A stretch of 64,000 nt of DNA. It comes from a virus. Its lineage: Duplodnaviria > Caudoviricetes. Location of the stretch: positions 64,001 to 128,000 of the IMG/VR virus record IMGVR_UViG_3300028887_000077, one strand, 5' to 3'. Of this stretch, positions 1-9,132 are shown in pieces (positions within the stretch are counted from its first letter, which is position 1; every line of letters starts with the position of its first letter). Under the pieces are notes generated by a model. It had not been told where the DNA came from and did no database searches. It saw nothing but the letters and a program-made list of their open reading frames with translations. The translations under genes and the position numbers were made by a program.

Positions 1-23
1 CAAAGAAGTTGAGGTTGTTTAAG

Positions 24-458
24 ATGAAAACATACGCAGATCTTGATTTGATTAAAATCAGAGACGAGTGTGGTCTTGATTTCGCTCGTCATACATACAG
101 CAAAGGGCAGTGTACGTGTTGTTATGGGCCAACGGACATGGCGGCGCACTGGTGGGCGAAGGGAAAGAAGCCGAAAAAGATACCTCTTGACACCAGCGGA
201 AGATTCTATAAGTGGGATAGAGACATTTCTAATATGACCTATATCCTTTTTAAGAACGCGTATAACTGCGGTGGGCGCATCAAATCCCTCGACGAGCCGA
301 TAAAAGACCATACTTGTATTGGATATGTGTTCAGAGATGAAGAACAGAAACTCAAGGTTTGCCGGATGCTGCAAGATCAACTCGGCGACGAGTATAAGGT
401 AGAGGTTCCGGAAGATGATCTGACGTGCATTATTGTTAACTACAGAGGAGAAGCATGA
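24..458 (+). CDS. hypothetical phage protein
   Basis: ORF, GAGG RBS before ATG at 24, stop overlaps next start. Confidence 0.75.
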   Translation: MKTYADLDLIKIRDECGLDFARHTYSKGQCTCCYGPTDMAAHWWAKGKKPKKIPLDTSGRFYKWDRDISNMTYILFKNAYNCGGRIKSLDEPIKDHTCIGYVFRDEEQKLKVCRMLQDQLGDEYKVEVPEDDLTCIIVNYRGEA

Positions 459-661
459 AAATACCGAAGTACATTGATAAACTACTCCGCCGCAGGACAA
501 GACTCGCAAATGCGCTCATGGTCACATGCGTTGATCTTGATGATTGGCTCACCAACAATGGTGTTGATCCTGACCAGTGTTGCTGGCAGACAGGTTGTAT
601 GATCTACACCGAGCCGGATGCGGCGGAGAACGAAGTTAGAAAAGCCATTGAGGAGGCGTAA
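455..661 (+). CDS. hypothetical protein
   Basis: GAGGAG RBS, ATGA overlap. Confidence 0.75.
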   Translation: MKIPKYIDKLLRRRTRLANALMVTCVDLDDWLTNNGVDPDQCCWQTGCMIYTEPDAAENEVRKAIEEA

Positions 662-662
662 T

Positions 663-1133
663 ATGAGGGAATATCTGTTCAGAGGAAAGCGCGAAGATAA
701 TGGGGAGTGGGTGTTTGGCGGGATTCTGCCCGACGTTAGCAGTGTTGAGATCGTCGCAGTCGAATCCTTCCCGGGGTACTTCAATCCGTGTAGTGGATAC
801 GGCGAGCCTCCGTCCAGCGAGCTCTGCGAGTATCTTGTTGACCCCAACACCGTTGGTCAGTATGTTGGAAGGAAAGACAAAAACGGGAAAGACATCTTTG
901 AAGGGGATATTGTAGCGATATATGTCCCCTCTTACGATCTTTCGATTTCATCAAATCCCTACGCCGTCGAGCGTTGCTTGGGAGTGATTGAGTATGATGA
1001 GGACACTTTAACATACAAGATCGAGATGGAAGCCGTCTGTGACTTTGTGAGCGAGTTCACCTCGTGTGAGATAGAAGTTGTCGGAAACATCTTTGAGAAC
1101 CCCGAGTTGGTGAGTTGGAGGAATAAAAAATGA
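663..1133 (+). CDS. YopX family phage protein
   Basis: MREYLFRGK..NGEWV, TVGQYVGRKDKNGKDIFEGDIV and IEVVGNIFENPEL motifs; GGAGG RBS. Confidence 0.9.
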   Translation: MREYLFRGKREDNGEWVFGGILPDVSSVEIVAVESFPGYFNPCSGYGEPPSSELCEYLVDPNTVGQYVGRKDKNGKDIFEGDIVAIYVPSYDLSISSNPYAVERCLGVIEYDEDTLTYKIEMEAVCDFVSEFTSCEIEVVGNIFENPELVSWRNKK

Positions 1134-1561
1134 CTGAAGCAGTAAAAGAACTTATAAGGCTTGTGCAAGAAAACCCGGATGTCGAGGTAATCTGCATGAC
1201 AGACTCCGATGTGGTTGAAGACGGCTCGTTTGGAGCATACCTGTCTGAGATTCATTGTTGTCGTCTTGGCGAGTATGCGTGTTATTCGGAAAGATTTTAT
1301 GACGATCGCGAAGAGTTCAAAGAGGACTACTTCGACGCTAATTCCGATGAACTCTGTGAAAAATTTCACTACTCGCCACGCCTTGACACTTCTCGTCTTC
1401 CGGAGTTTGAAGTTGAGTATCACAAAAGAGCAGAGCAGAATCTTGAAAATTATCTTGACTCGCTTGCGGAAAAATATTTTAGAAAGGCAATAATTTGTCA
1501 TATTACAACACCCACGAATACGGATGTTGTAGAAGTTCCGAGATTTTTATTAAATCTTTAA
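1130..1561 (+). CDS. hypothetical protein
   Basis: GGAGG RBS, ATGA overlap. Confidence 0.8.
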   Translation: MTEAVKELIRLVQENPDVEVICMTDSDVVEDGSFGAYLSEIHCCRLGEYACYSERFYDDREEFKEDYFDANSDELCEKFHYSPRLDTSRLPEFEVEYHKRAEQNLENYLDSLAEKYFRKAIICHITTPTNTDVVEVPRFLLNL

Positions 1562-1569
1562 GGAGAAAT

Positions 1570-1908
1570 ATGAAGGCGAACGAATATTTCATCGAAGATA
1601 TTACAAAAATAAGTCGGTCCCCGTATTTGTGGATCTCGCCTACCGGTGAAGTTTACGGGAACGGGTCTCACTATCAAGTCGCTCAGAGTATCTGTGGAAA
1701 CAGTGGAATTTTTTCTGCCGATTGCGGAGACGCTTTGCTAAAACTTGGATGGATTAAATTGTCCGACAGTTGTATGGCTTACATCTATGAAAAAGACGGT
1801 ATGTACGACCATCTGACCGATGAACAACTTGCCATATGTAGAGACCTGGACGATTTGTACCCGGCTAAGTGGTTTTTCAGCACATCGTTTTTATATAGGG
1901 ATAAATAA
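1570..1908 (+). CDS. hypothetical protein (paralog of 6426..6788)
   Basis: AGGAG RBS; shared WxxPxG..H..LxxxGW/F..LT/YT..Q pattern. Confidence 0.75.
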   Translation: MKANEYFIEDITKISRSPYLWISPTGEVYGNGSHYQVAQSICGNSGIFSADCGDALLKLGWIKLSDSCMAYIYEKDGMYDHLTDEQLAICRDLDDLYPAKWFFSTSFLYRDK

Positions 1909-1909
1909 A

Positions 1910-2119
1910 ATGGGAAAAGAATTTTCTTACAAAGAAGAGTATGACAAAAAGACCGATTCTCTTCACGTCGTAAACTCAGACGGCTGTGATTGGTGCGACG
2001 GCGTAGGAGTTAACCCTAACGGCTGCTTTTGTGGCGAGTGCGATATGATTAGCAAAGAAGAGTGTTCGGCAAGAACAAGGCGTAGCGACGAGGATACAGA
2101 AGATGGAAGGGATGCATGA
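1910..2119 (+). CDS. small Cys-rich hypothetical protein
   Basis: CDWC and CGEC pairs; tiles operon. Confidence 0.6.
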   Translation: MGKEFSYKEEYDKKTDSLHVVNSDGCDWCDGVGVNPNGCFCGECDMISKEECSARTRRSDEDTEDGRDA

Positions 2120-2304
2120 AAGAAAAGGATCGGAAAGACGTGAAGTATTCTGGAAACAATGTAAAAGTTGTATCCACAATAGGGCATATTACTTTCCTTG
2201 TAATCGCTCCCCGTTATACAAAGAAACCAGTTGTAGCAGTTATGTCAAAAGCGTGCCGTCAAAGGCTTTTGGTAGCCATTCTGGAAAGAAAAGGATATAA
2301 GTAA
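2116..2304 (+). CDS. hypothetical protein
   Basis: ATGA/TAATG overlaps; competing ORF 2103..2300 exists. Confidence 0.45.
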   Translation: MKEKDRKDVKYSGNNVKVVSTIGHITFLVIAPRYTKKPVVAVMSKACRQRLLVAILERKGYK

Positions 2305-2720
2305 TGCCGAGATACATTGATGCAAATAAAATCGAGTATGAGCCAAGATATGGCTACGATGAATGGGATGTAACTAAGGCAGAAATCGAAAAAATCCCAA
2401 CAGCTGATGTCGCTCCTGTGATCCATGCGCACTGGCGTTACTTACCTGGCGTGTTTTCAAACGAAGGCAGAAAGGGCTGTGTGGAATGTTCGGCGTGTAA
2501 AAGCACTATCGACCAAGAAGTGTATCACCGTATGTACAAATGTGGTCAAACGAGAAGATGCGGAGCGTGTGGAGCACAGATGGTCGAGGAGGGCGAACGA
2601 TGCCAACTGACTATATCAGCCGAGAAACAGATGAACGAAATTAACGGACGCATGATAAAAATCGAAGAAAAGGAGAAATACGATGTCGAACGAAGCGAAG
2701 AAAATCATACAGACTATTAA
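2304..2720 (+). CDS. phage Zn-ribbon protein
   Basis: MPRYIDA..PTADVAPVIHAHW..CSAC..CGACGAQM pattern. Confidence 0.8.
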   Translation: MPRYIDANKIEYEPRYGYDEWDVTKAEIEKIPTADVAPVIHAHWRYLPGVFSNEGRKGCVECSACKSTIDQEVYHRMYKCGQTRRCGACGAQMVEEGERCQLTISAEKQMNEINGRMIKIEEKEKYDVERSEENHTDY

Positions 2721-3150
2721 AAGAGGGGAACTTCCCGAACTTCCTGATGTTGATAAACAGGGAACATACGGGTTGCAGACTATTGGAGAGTTTAAAAAAA
2801 TGCCGAGATACATCGTTGACGCAGAAAAGATGCAGTCTCTTTTGGAAGAAGAGATTGAAGAATGTGGCAATCCTACTGCCGACAATAATCCGATCGCCTA
2901 TGGGACAACGCTCGGATTAAAAATGTCATTGAGTTATACCAAAACGCTCTCGACCGCCGATGCCGCGCCCGTGATCCATGCGAAGTGGGTTAGTCTTGCT
3001 TATGACTTTTTCAGCGGCAAATTCGTCTATGCATGTAGCCGATGTGACAGGCGTATAAAAGTTTATCATAGAGAAGACACTAAAGATTATCCGTACTGCC
3101 ACTGTGGAGCGAAGATGGACGAAAGGATCGAAGAAAATGACTCGGTTTAA
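2683..3150 (+). CDS. phage Zn-ribbon protein, paralog of upstream gene
   Basis: MPRYIVDA..TADAAPVIHAKW..CSRC..CHCGAKM. Confidence 0.8.
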   Translation: MSNEAKKIIQTIKRGELPELPDVDKQGTYGLQTIGEFKKMPRYIVDAEKMQSLLEEEIEECGNPTADNNPIAYGTTLGLKMSLSYTKTLSTADAAPVIHAKWVSLAYDFFSGKFVYACSRCDRRIKVYHREDTKDYPYCHCGAKMDERIEENDSV

Positions 3151-3388
3151 CACACAAGAAGGCAACGGCGAATTTCGCTTGCAGTTTGAGACAGATGACA
3201 AGGACAAATTTCTGTATATGCAAGAGAAAGCGAGAAGATGCGTGGATAACAATATGGACGAGGAGGTTGAACAGAATCGTAATGCCGTAGACGAGACGGA
3301 ACGCGCATATAAATACATCTGTGAAAGCGAAACAAATGATTTGGAACTCATTGCCGCTGGTTTGGATCGTTTGAAAAAAAACAAATAA
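3137..3388 (+). CDS. hypothetical protein
   Basis: ORF tiles operon. Confidence 0.65.
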   Translation: MTRFNTQEGNGEFRLQFETDDKDKFLYMQEKARRCVDNNMDEEVEQNRNAVDETERAYKYICESETNDLELIAAGLDRLKKNK

Positions 3389-3456
3389 AAAAAAATTAGA
3401 AGTGCTATTTGTGAGTAGGAGTATTAACAGTGAAACAAGGCGAGCGAGGAGAACAA

Positions 3457-4128
3457 ATGATTACCTTAAAAAGGATTGAAAACGGTGTCCTATACCATGT
3501 CTACAACGAGGACATCGACGCAGATGGCTCGTTTATCGTCCCGAACGGAGTCACGAGTATAGCAGGCTGTGCATTCTGGGGATGTTTTGGTTTAACCTCA
3601 GTCACCATCCCCGATAGCGTTACATATATTGGGAGAGGGGCGTTCGGGCGGTGTTCCGAACTGACTTCTGTCACAATACCGAACAGCGTTACCAGTATCG
3701 GAGAAAGTGCGTTCTATGGCTGCACCAAACTAACATCTGTCATAATCGGCAATGGCGTTACAAGAATCGAAAAATATGCGTTCGACAACTGCATTACTCT
3801 GACATCAAAAAGAGCAAATTACAAGGCATTTGCCCTCACTAAAAGTGGCGAACTGAAATGTCGAAACGAACTTTACACTGTTGGGGAAAAATCAACTGTC
3901 GAAAATAACCTCAGACTCTGTGAAAACGGTATTCACTACTGCACAAATCTTTTCGACATTTTTAACTATTACTCTGGCGTATATGGTAAAGATTTTGTAA
4001 TTGGTATTTGCGAAGTCTCTGACAGGAACATTGGTGGTGGAGACGATTCCAAACGCTGTGCAAGATGGGTAAAACCGAAGAAAATTCTTACGAGAGAAGA
4101 AGTCATTAAAATTATGAATGGGGATTAA
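3457..4128 (+). CDS. BspA-type leucine-rich repeat protein with conserved C-terminal CENGIHYC domain
   Basis: repeats [21 protein letters not shown]; C-terminus [23 protein letters not shown]. Confidence 0.9.
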   Translation: MITLKRIENGVLYHVYNEDIDADGSFIVPNGVTSIAGCAFWGCFGLTSVTIPDSVTYIGRGAFGRCSELTSVTIPNSVTSIGESAFYGCTKLTSVIIGNGVTRIEKYAFDNCITLTSKRANYKAFALTKSGELKCRNELYTVGEKSTVENNLRLCENGIHYCTNLFDIFNYYSGVYGKDFVIGICEVSDRNIGGGDDSKRCARWVKPKKILTREEVIKIMNGD

Positions 4129-4132
4129 AACA

Positions 4133-4609
4133 ATGAAACTTAAAGTAATTCGTAAAACTGAAGAGGAAGTCAATCTTAAAATTACCGGCGCAACCCTGCT
4201 GTCCATTGAAGAGGCGGAGGCGCTGCCGTACCATCTGAGCAGGTATACTAATTGGTGGTGGCTGCGTTCTCCCGGCATTAGGCATTTATATGCTTCCTAT
4301 GTCAACTGCACCGGCTATGTTAATTTCAATCATTATGGTGAATTTGTTGAAGATACCGGATCGTCGGTCCGCCCCGCTTTGAAAATTGAGAATCTCAAAT
4401 CCACCGGTCTTAAAGTAGGAGACTCTATCATCTTCAATGATAAGGAGTTCGAGGTTATCTCGGACACCCTAGCGTTCTGCAAAACAGATATCGGGGCCAA
4501 CTGGTTCCGCAAGAACAGTGAAGCGGAAGACGCAAACGACTATGAGAAGTCCGACGTGAAGAAGTTCGTTGACTGGTGGTTCGAGGACGCAATGAAAAGG
4601 AAGGAATGA
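4133..4609 (+). CDS. DUF6273-like protein
   Basis: LLSIEEA, WWWLRSPG and VRPAL motifs. Confidence 0.75.
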   Translation: MKLKVIRKTEEEVNLKITGATLLSIEEAEALPYHLSRYTNWWWLRSPGIRHLYASYVNCTGYVNFNHYGEFVEDTGSSVRPALKIENLKSTGLKVGDSIIFNDKEFEVISDTLAFCKTDIGANWFRKNSEAEDANDYEKSDVKKFVDWWFEDAMKRKE

Positions 4610-4625
4610 AAGGGTCTAAATAACT

Positions 4626-4802
4626 ATGATGGTTTATTATCACAAATGCGACCACTGCGGAAAAGAGTTAAACGAAATGCACGACTATGTTGATAGTGAG
4701 ATCGACATGGATATGTGCAGGGTTGAAGCGGACTTATGCGAAGAGTGTGCTGAAAAACTCAAGAATATGATTACATATTTCTTGAATAAGAAAGATAAAT
4801 AA
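4626..4802 (+). CDS. small Zn-binding protein
   Basis: read manually: CDHCGK..DLCEEC, 58 aa. Confidence 0.65.
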   Translation: MMVYYHKCDHCGKELNEMHDYVDSEIDMDMCRVEADLCEECAEKLKNMITYFLNKKDK

Positions 4803-5046
4803 TACGGAACGTGACAAATAAAATCCGTCTTTTATTAAAAAACGCCTAAAACGGTGTTTTATAACCGTTTTTCAGAAACGAAAACGGGAAATTGCCCATA
4901 TTAAACTCTCAAAAACGCTTACACAGGCAACAAAAATGATGACAAATCGTGAAATGGCCCTGTTTATTAGGGCTCGTGGGACCGGACATAATGATAACGG
5001 CGCCGGTATAGAAATGAGGCCGATGTGCATTAAAAAGGAGAATCAC

Positions 5047-5226
5047 ATGGAACATAAATGCGACCAGTGTGCGTATGCGCGTCTGGTGATTTCTGAAAAC
5101 GGGCTTCATTATTCGTGCACGCTTTCGAGTAAGTCTGTCACGAACTGTATGATTCACAACTATTCGAAGTTTGTTCAGCGTGTTCTGCGCTCTACCATGT
5201 TTGAGGAAAACAAAGATGAACAATAA
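5047..5226 (+). CDS. small Cys-rich hypothetical protein
   Basis: AAGGAG RBS before ATG at 5047. Confidence 0.65.
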   Translation: MEHKCDQCAYARLVISENGLHYSCTLSSKSVTNCMIHNYSKFVQRVLRSTMFEENKDEQ

Positions 5227-5677
5227 AGAAAACGAAACATTCCAATATGCAGGAAGAATAGGAAACAAACAGTTCTTCGAAGGAAGCGACGGAAGCTTTA
5301 AAGAAGTGCGGTTGATTGACGCAAATTCCATCCCGTTTTGCTACATTACGTATCCTGTTTTTAGCTATTACGGATCCAAGGTGGACACAGAAAGCGTTGG
5401 GCCGGTCGCTAAAAAAAAGGACATCGACAGACTCCCAACCTTTAAATTCCCGGAAGCCTGGTGGGAGCTGAGGGCGTTTTGTGAGGAACCTATTGAAGCA
5501 CACAACCCAGACGGTTCGTCGTGTACCGCGGAGCATCCTATTCGCGAAGGGTGGTTTTGCTCTAGGTGTGGGTACATTGTGTCCGAAACTGGTCATCCGG
5601 TCGAGGGCTTCTGCGGCATTTGCGGATCTAAAATGATCGGGTGGAGAGACAAGAAGGGTGAGGTGAGAAAGAGATGA
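5216..5677 (+). CDS. phage Zn-ribbon protein
   Basis: RLIDAN..CSRCG..FCGICGSKM. Confidence 0.75.
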   Translation: MNNKENETFQYAGRIGNKQFFEGSDGSFKEVRLIDANSIPFCYITYPVFSYYGSKVDTESVGPVAKKKDIDRLPTFKFPEAWWELRAFCEEPIEAHNPDGSSCTAEHPIREGWFCSRCGYIVSETGHPVEGFCGICGSKMIGWRDKKGEVRKR

Positions 5678-6201
5678 AAAAGGTAATCTACGGATATAAT
5701 AAGGGCAAAAAGAAACTGGCGAAATTGCCAAGATTATATATCGTTGGGTTGTGGGAGCATTATGGCGTTATGGATCGTCCTCTTTCAAACAAAACCGACG
5801 AGCGTGGAATTCCTCTTGTTTGGGATTATGTCGACTGCAACGGTTATCAGGACAAGTGGATCCTTATTCCGGTTGATTATATTACAACAGGGTGGATTTG
5901 CGCGTGGACTGTTAGCGAAGATAAGGCGAAAAACATTGCGGAAGCTATGAACGCAAGGGACGCCTCATGGTTTGCTTACCACAGGGGTTTTGATGGATAT
6001 GTCGAATATCATAAAGAATCAAACAAGCTGGCCTGTTCTATTAGTTATGACAACCGCACGATTTGTTGTTTTGATATAGATGATACGTTTAACTATGATG
6101 TCGTCAGAAAAGAGTTTGAAGATCGTGTGGACAAACTCATTAAGGATAAAAATATTACCATGGAAAAAACAATGCTAGGCGACGTTCCTAAAAGAGATTA
6201 A
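5674..6201 (+). CDS. hypothetical protein
   Basis: GAGGTG RBS, ATGA overlap. Confidence 0.8.
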   Translation: MKKVIYGYNKGKKKLAKLPRLYIVGLWEHYGVMDRPLSNKTDERGIPLVWDYVDCNGYQDKWILIPVDYITTGWICAWTVSEDKAKNIAEAMNARDASWFAYHRGFDGYVEYHKESNKLACSISYDNRTICCFDIDDTFNYDVVRKEFEDRVDKLIKDKNITMEKTMLGDVPKRD

Positions 6202-6232
6202 AAAATGAAATAAACTTTTTATCCAAAACATC

Positions 6233-6261
6233 TTGACAAACACAAATGGACGTGTTATAAT
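6233..6261 (+). promoter_or_regulatory. sigmaA/sigma70 promoter driving RNA cluster
   Basis: TTGACA-17 nt-TATAAT with extended TG and A-rich upstream. Confidence 0.9.
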
Positions 6262-6329
6262 GTCATCGAAAGGTTGAGGCGGCCGATATAAGATGCCAAC
6301 TTAAATTGGCCGCTCCTGTAAAATCTAAT

Positions 6330-6407
6330 GGGCGCTTAGCTCAGATGGTTAGTAGCCCTCGTCTCATAAGCGAATTGTCGCAGGTTCGAGCCCTGCAGCG
6401 CCCACCA
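6330..6407 (+). tRNA. tRNA with CAT anticodon (Ile2 or elongator Met)
   Basis: GGGCGCT/AGCGCCC acceptor stem, CT-CAT-AA loop, GGTTCGAG T loop, encoded CCA. Confidence 0.9.
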
Positions 6408-6425
6408 TTTTGAAGGAGAATAGCT

Positions 6426-6788
6426 ATGATGGAAATCGGCTGGCTTGCTCCTGACGGCACCATGATCGAATGCGCACTAATGGACCATGTTGCGACAGCC
6501 GAGGAACTTGCTGAAAAAATGGGCTGGAAGGAATACGATGCAGACTTTAACAGGACTCCTCCTGACGACTTCTTGATGGAGCACGGCTTCGTGCATATCA
6601 CGAGGGGTATGTTCTTCGATCACAACTATCATATAATGCACAAGAAACATTACACGCAGGCACAGAAAGACTGGCTCAAGCCGCGCGTGGAAGACAACTG
6701 GAACGACCTCGATAGTTTTTGTCAGATGGATTGGGGTTGGGAGAACGACGAAGACTATCAAAAAGCATTTGACGAGTATAGAAAATAA
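6426..6788 (+). CDS. hypothetical protein (paralog of 1570..1908)
   Basis: AAGGAG RBS; GWLAPDG motif. Confidence 0.8.
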   Translation: MMEIGWLAPDGTMIECALMDHVATAEELAEKMGWKEYDADFNRTPPDDFLMEHGFVHITRGMFFDHNYHIMHKKHYTQAQKDWLKPRVEDNWNDLDSFCQMDWGWENDEDYQKAFDEYRK

Positions 6789-6801
6789 AACAAATCAATA
6801 T

Positions 6802-6896
6802 GCGGAACGTAGCTCAGCGGCAGAGCTTCGCTGTAAAAAAGGGGTAAAGCGCGAAACATCCTTGGTCGCCGGTTCGAGTCCGGCCGCTCCGCACTA
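6802..6896 (+). ncRNA. tRNA-like RNA with enlarged anticodon region
   Basis: acceptor GCGGAACG/CGCTCCGC, D arm GCTC/GAGC, T arm GCCGG-TTCGAGT-CCGGC; 19-nt loop between TTCGC/GCGAA; ends ACTA. Confidence 0.7.
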
Positions 6897-7180
6897 GGGC
6901 AAAGTTGTGAGCCCAGTCAGAAAATCAACGGGTGTGCACCAACGAGTTGCATGGTCTACTCGGACCCATGCGAGTACATTTCCATCGTCTAATTGGAGTA
7001 GTTAAAATGCCCGACGACAAGGGAATTAGGCAATTTGCAAGCAGATGCCATGCTGTCCCTGGCATTAGCTTGCCTTCGGCGATGGTAACCAGTCCACCAG
7101 ACCGGAGAAGTGTGACACAGACAAAGGGAACATAGAAGTGTGTCGTCCTACAGAGCGGTGATAACACTAGTCCGCTCACT
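6897..7180 (+). ncRNA. candidate large structured ncRNA, family unknown
   Basis: at least seven complementary helices and two loop-loop pairings; no RBS-led ORF. Confidence 0.5.
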
Positions 7181-7210
7181 ATAATTAAACACGGAGGGTT
7201 CACAAAGGCA

Positions 7211-7348
7211 ATGGAACAAATGAAGGACAAATTCGACTCAATCATTGACTGCCTGAAAAAGGGCATTCAACCGACGATATGCAATCAGCCAACAGTTGAA
7301 AAATCAGAAACTTGCCAATGTCTTGAAGGTTTAAGGTTGATCAAGTAA
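7211..7348 (+). CDS. small hypothetical protein
   Basis: read manually, 45 aa MEQMKDKFDSIIDCLKK.. Confidence 0.4.
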   Translation: MEQMKDKFDSIIDCLKKGIQPTICNQPTVEKSETCQCLEGLRLIK

Positions 7349-7396
7349 CACAATCGAACGAAGACAAGGGTTTTGTAAAGAGACAGGATCTTTTAT

Positions 7397-7475
7397 GGGC
7401 CCGAAAGGGGTCGACGTGCGTTAAAGCCTACACGGAAGCGTACGGACGTGGGTTCAACTCCCACCGGGTCCACCA
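7397..7475 (+). ncRNA. ssrA: minimal tmRNA: tRNA-like domain only
   Basis: GGGCCCG/CGGGTCC acceptor with G3.U70, unpaired D region ending GGTCGAC, stem GTGCGTT/AGCGTAC, GGAC then T arm GTGGG-TTCAACT-CCCAC, ACCA end. Confidence 0.85.
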
Positions 7476-7661
7476 GCAAAGGAGATTAGCGTGTTGTTGT
7501 CCAAACTCCTATCCGGCTTGATCGGAAAACAAAATGACAGGTTCAACAACGGTATGCTTAACGAACCGTTCTAGACGAAAGCAGGAACGGGCGAGATTGC
7601 AATCGGGTTGGTAAACCTCGGTCTTGTACGGCGCCGGAAGTTTCCATCAAACGGAGGAACT

Positions 7662-7976
7662 ATGGACGAAGATATTAGAGTTGGTTTCATCGATCCGACA
7701 AAGATTTGTGTCGAAGATGCACCGCTTGACATGTTTGAGGCAAAGTTCCTCGTTTTGTTGTTGTCTCAGAAATTTGATTTTGTTGACATTTCTCCGAAGG
7801 ACTTTTCTTTTAAGAGGCGTTTTGATATTTCCGGATATAAGAAGGCTGTTGACCGCTTATTTGGATCTCGCGCCGCATGGGAGCGTATGCCGTATCCACC
7901 AAATATGTTATTGCTTTCTATTGAAGCGGATGATGGGCTGATGTTTTTGTTGGTTCGCGGCGACGAACCGCAATAA
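7662..7976 (+). CDS. hypothetical protein
   Basis: GGAGG RBS before ATG at 7662. Confidence 0.75.
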   Translation: MDEDIRVGFIDPTKICVEDAPLDMFEAKFLVLLLSQKFDFVDISPKDFSFKRRFDISGYKKAVDRLFGSRAAWERMPYPPNMLLLSIEADDGLMFLLVRGDEPQ

Positions 7977-8001
7977 AACTTTAAAAAGTTTACAAAAACT
8001 C

Positions 8002-8030
8002 TTGACAAATCATATTGCATATGATATAAT
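8002..8030 (+). promoter_or_regulatory. sigmaA promoter
   Basis: TTGACA-17-TATAAT with TG. Confidence 0.9.
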
Positions 8031-8062
8031 GTATACGAAAACAAAGAAACGGAGCGGAAATT

Positions 8063-8491
8063 ATGCAGTTTTTTGATGAAGAAATGCTTTATTGCCACGA
8101 GACCAATAAGGTGTATAATGCAGAAATCTACAACGACAGATACTGTTGTGCGTGTGGATCCAAGTGGTGCACACCAGTAGAGGTTACGCGTTCTTATCAG
8201 GCAGAGAACATGTGGTACATTAAGAGGGAAGCCGATATTATCATTAAGGCTTTCGATCGCAGATTTCCTGGATATATTAAGGACCATCTATACGATACAT
8301 ATGTGCGTCTTTACGAATCAGATGTATTTATCGACTTCACCGAAGACGCAGATATCGCGGAGATTGAGCGGTTGATCGACGATCTCAAAGGGTGCGGACT
8401 GGAACCATTTTCTATGAAAAAGGTGTACCACAACGGAAAAGCGGTTTTCTGTTTGGACCTTGTTGCTTCGATTTGTGCAGAGGAGATTTAA
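8063..8491 (+). CDS. hypothetical protein
   Basis: first ORF after promoter. Confidence 0.75.
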   Translation: MQFFDEEMLYCHETNKVYNAEIYNDRYCCACGSKWCTPVEVTRSYQAENMWYIKREADIIIKAFDRRFPGYIKDHLYDTYVRLYESDVFIDFTEDADIAEIERLIDDLKGCGLEPFSMKKVYHNGKAVFCLDLVASICAEEI

Positions 8492-8493
8492 GT

Positions 8494-8763
8494 ATGTACG
8501 GAGACGATTTTAAATTTGTTGAGCCGCGCGATGTGAAGGTTTTAGGGCAAACAATGAGATCCGAAAAGAAAAACGAGTATGTTGTTGATCTCATCCTTGC
8601 TCTGGCATGGGCCCAATGGACGACCGATCGCACCAATGATGTCATTCTTTGGATGCGTGCGCTGGATATAGCAGAGGTTTGTGGTGTGAAGCTTCAATGG
8701 GTTGAGATGGCGACGTTCCGGACTTTGAATAAGAAAACGAAGAATAAAAGAGGAGTTTTATGA
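8494..8763 (+). CDS. hypothetical protein
   Basis: GAGGAG RBS. Confidence 0.7.
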   Translation: MYGDDFKFVEPRDVKVLGQTMRSEKKNEYVVDLILALAWAQWTTDRTNDVILWMRALDIAEVCGVKLQWVEMATFRTLNKKTKNKRGVL

Positions 8764-9131
8764 AGAGAAAGAACTGCGTATCAATCGGCGTAAAAGACGC
8801 CTATCAAATGCTTATTTCTGAGCTCAGATATGGATATACTCGCAACAACCATCTGATGCCGTGGGGCGCCTATGAGCACGTTAAGATTTACCTTCCCGTT
8901 ATGGAAACCATCGACCGGGATTGGGCTCTTAAAACCGCGCAGCAGGCGGCCGAAGAGTGTATCAGTGACGAGTTGAGTATCAGGCTTCGCAACGAGGATC
9001 AACACGGAAACAGAAAGATGGCCGTAGAGTTCGTCGGATATCTTGTGGACTGGATTTGCAAACAAGAAAATGGTTATAGATATATGCCGTACAATTACGA
9101 CCATTTCGTGAGCATGATCGGCGAGGACTAA
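8760..9131 (+). CDS. hypothetical protein
   Basis: GAGGAG RBS, ATGA overlap. Confidence 0.75.
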   Translation: MKRKNCVSIGVKDAYQMLISELRYGYTRNNHLMPWGAYEHVKIYLPVMETIDRDWALKTAQQAAEECISDELSIRLRNEDQHGNRKMAVEFVGYLVDWICKQENGYRYMPYNYDHFVSMIGED

Positions 9132-9132
9132 T

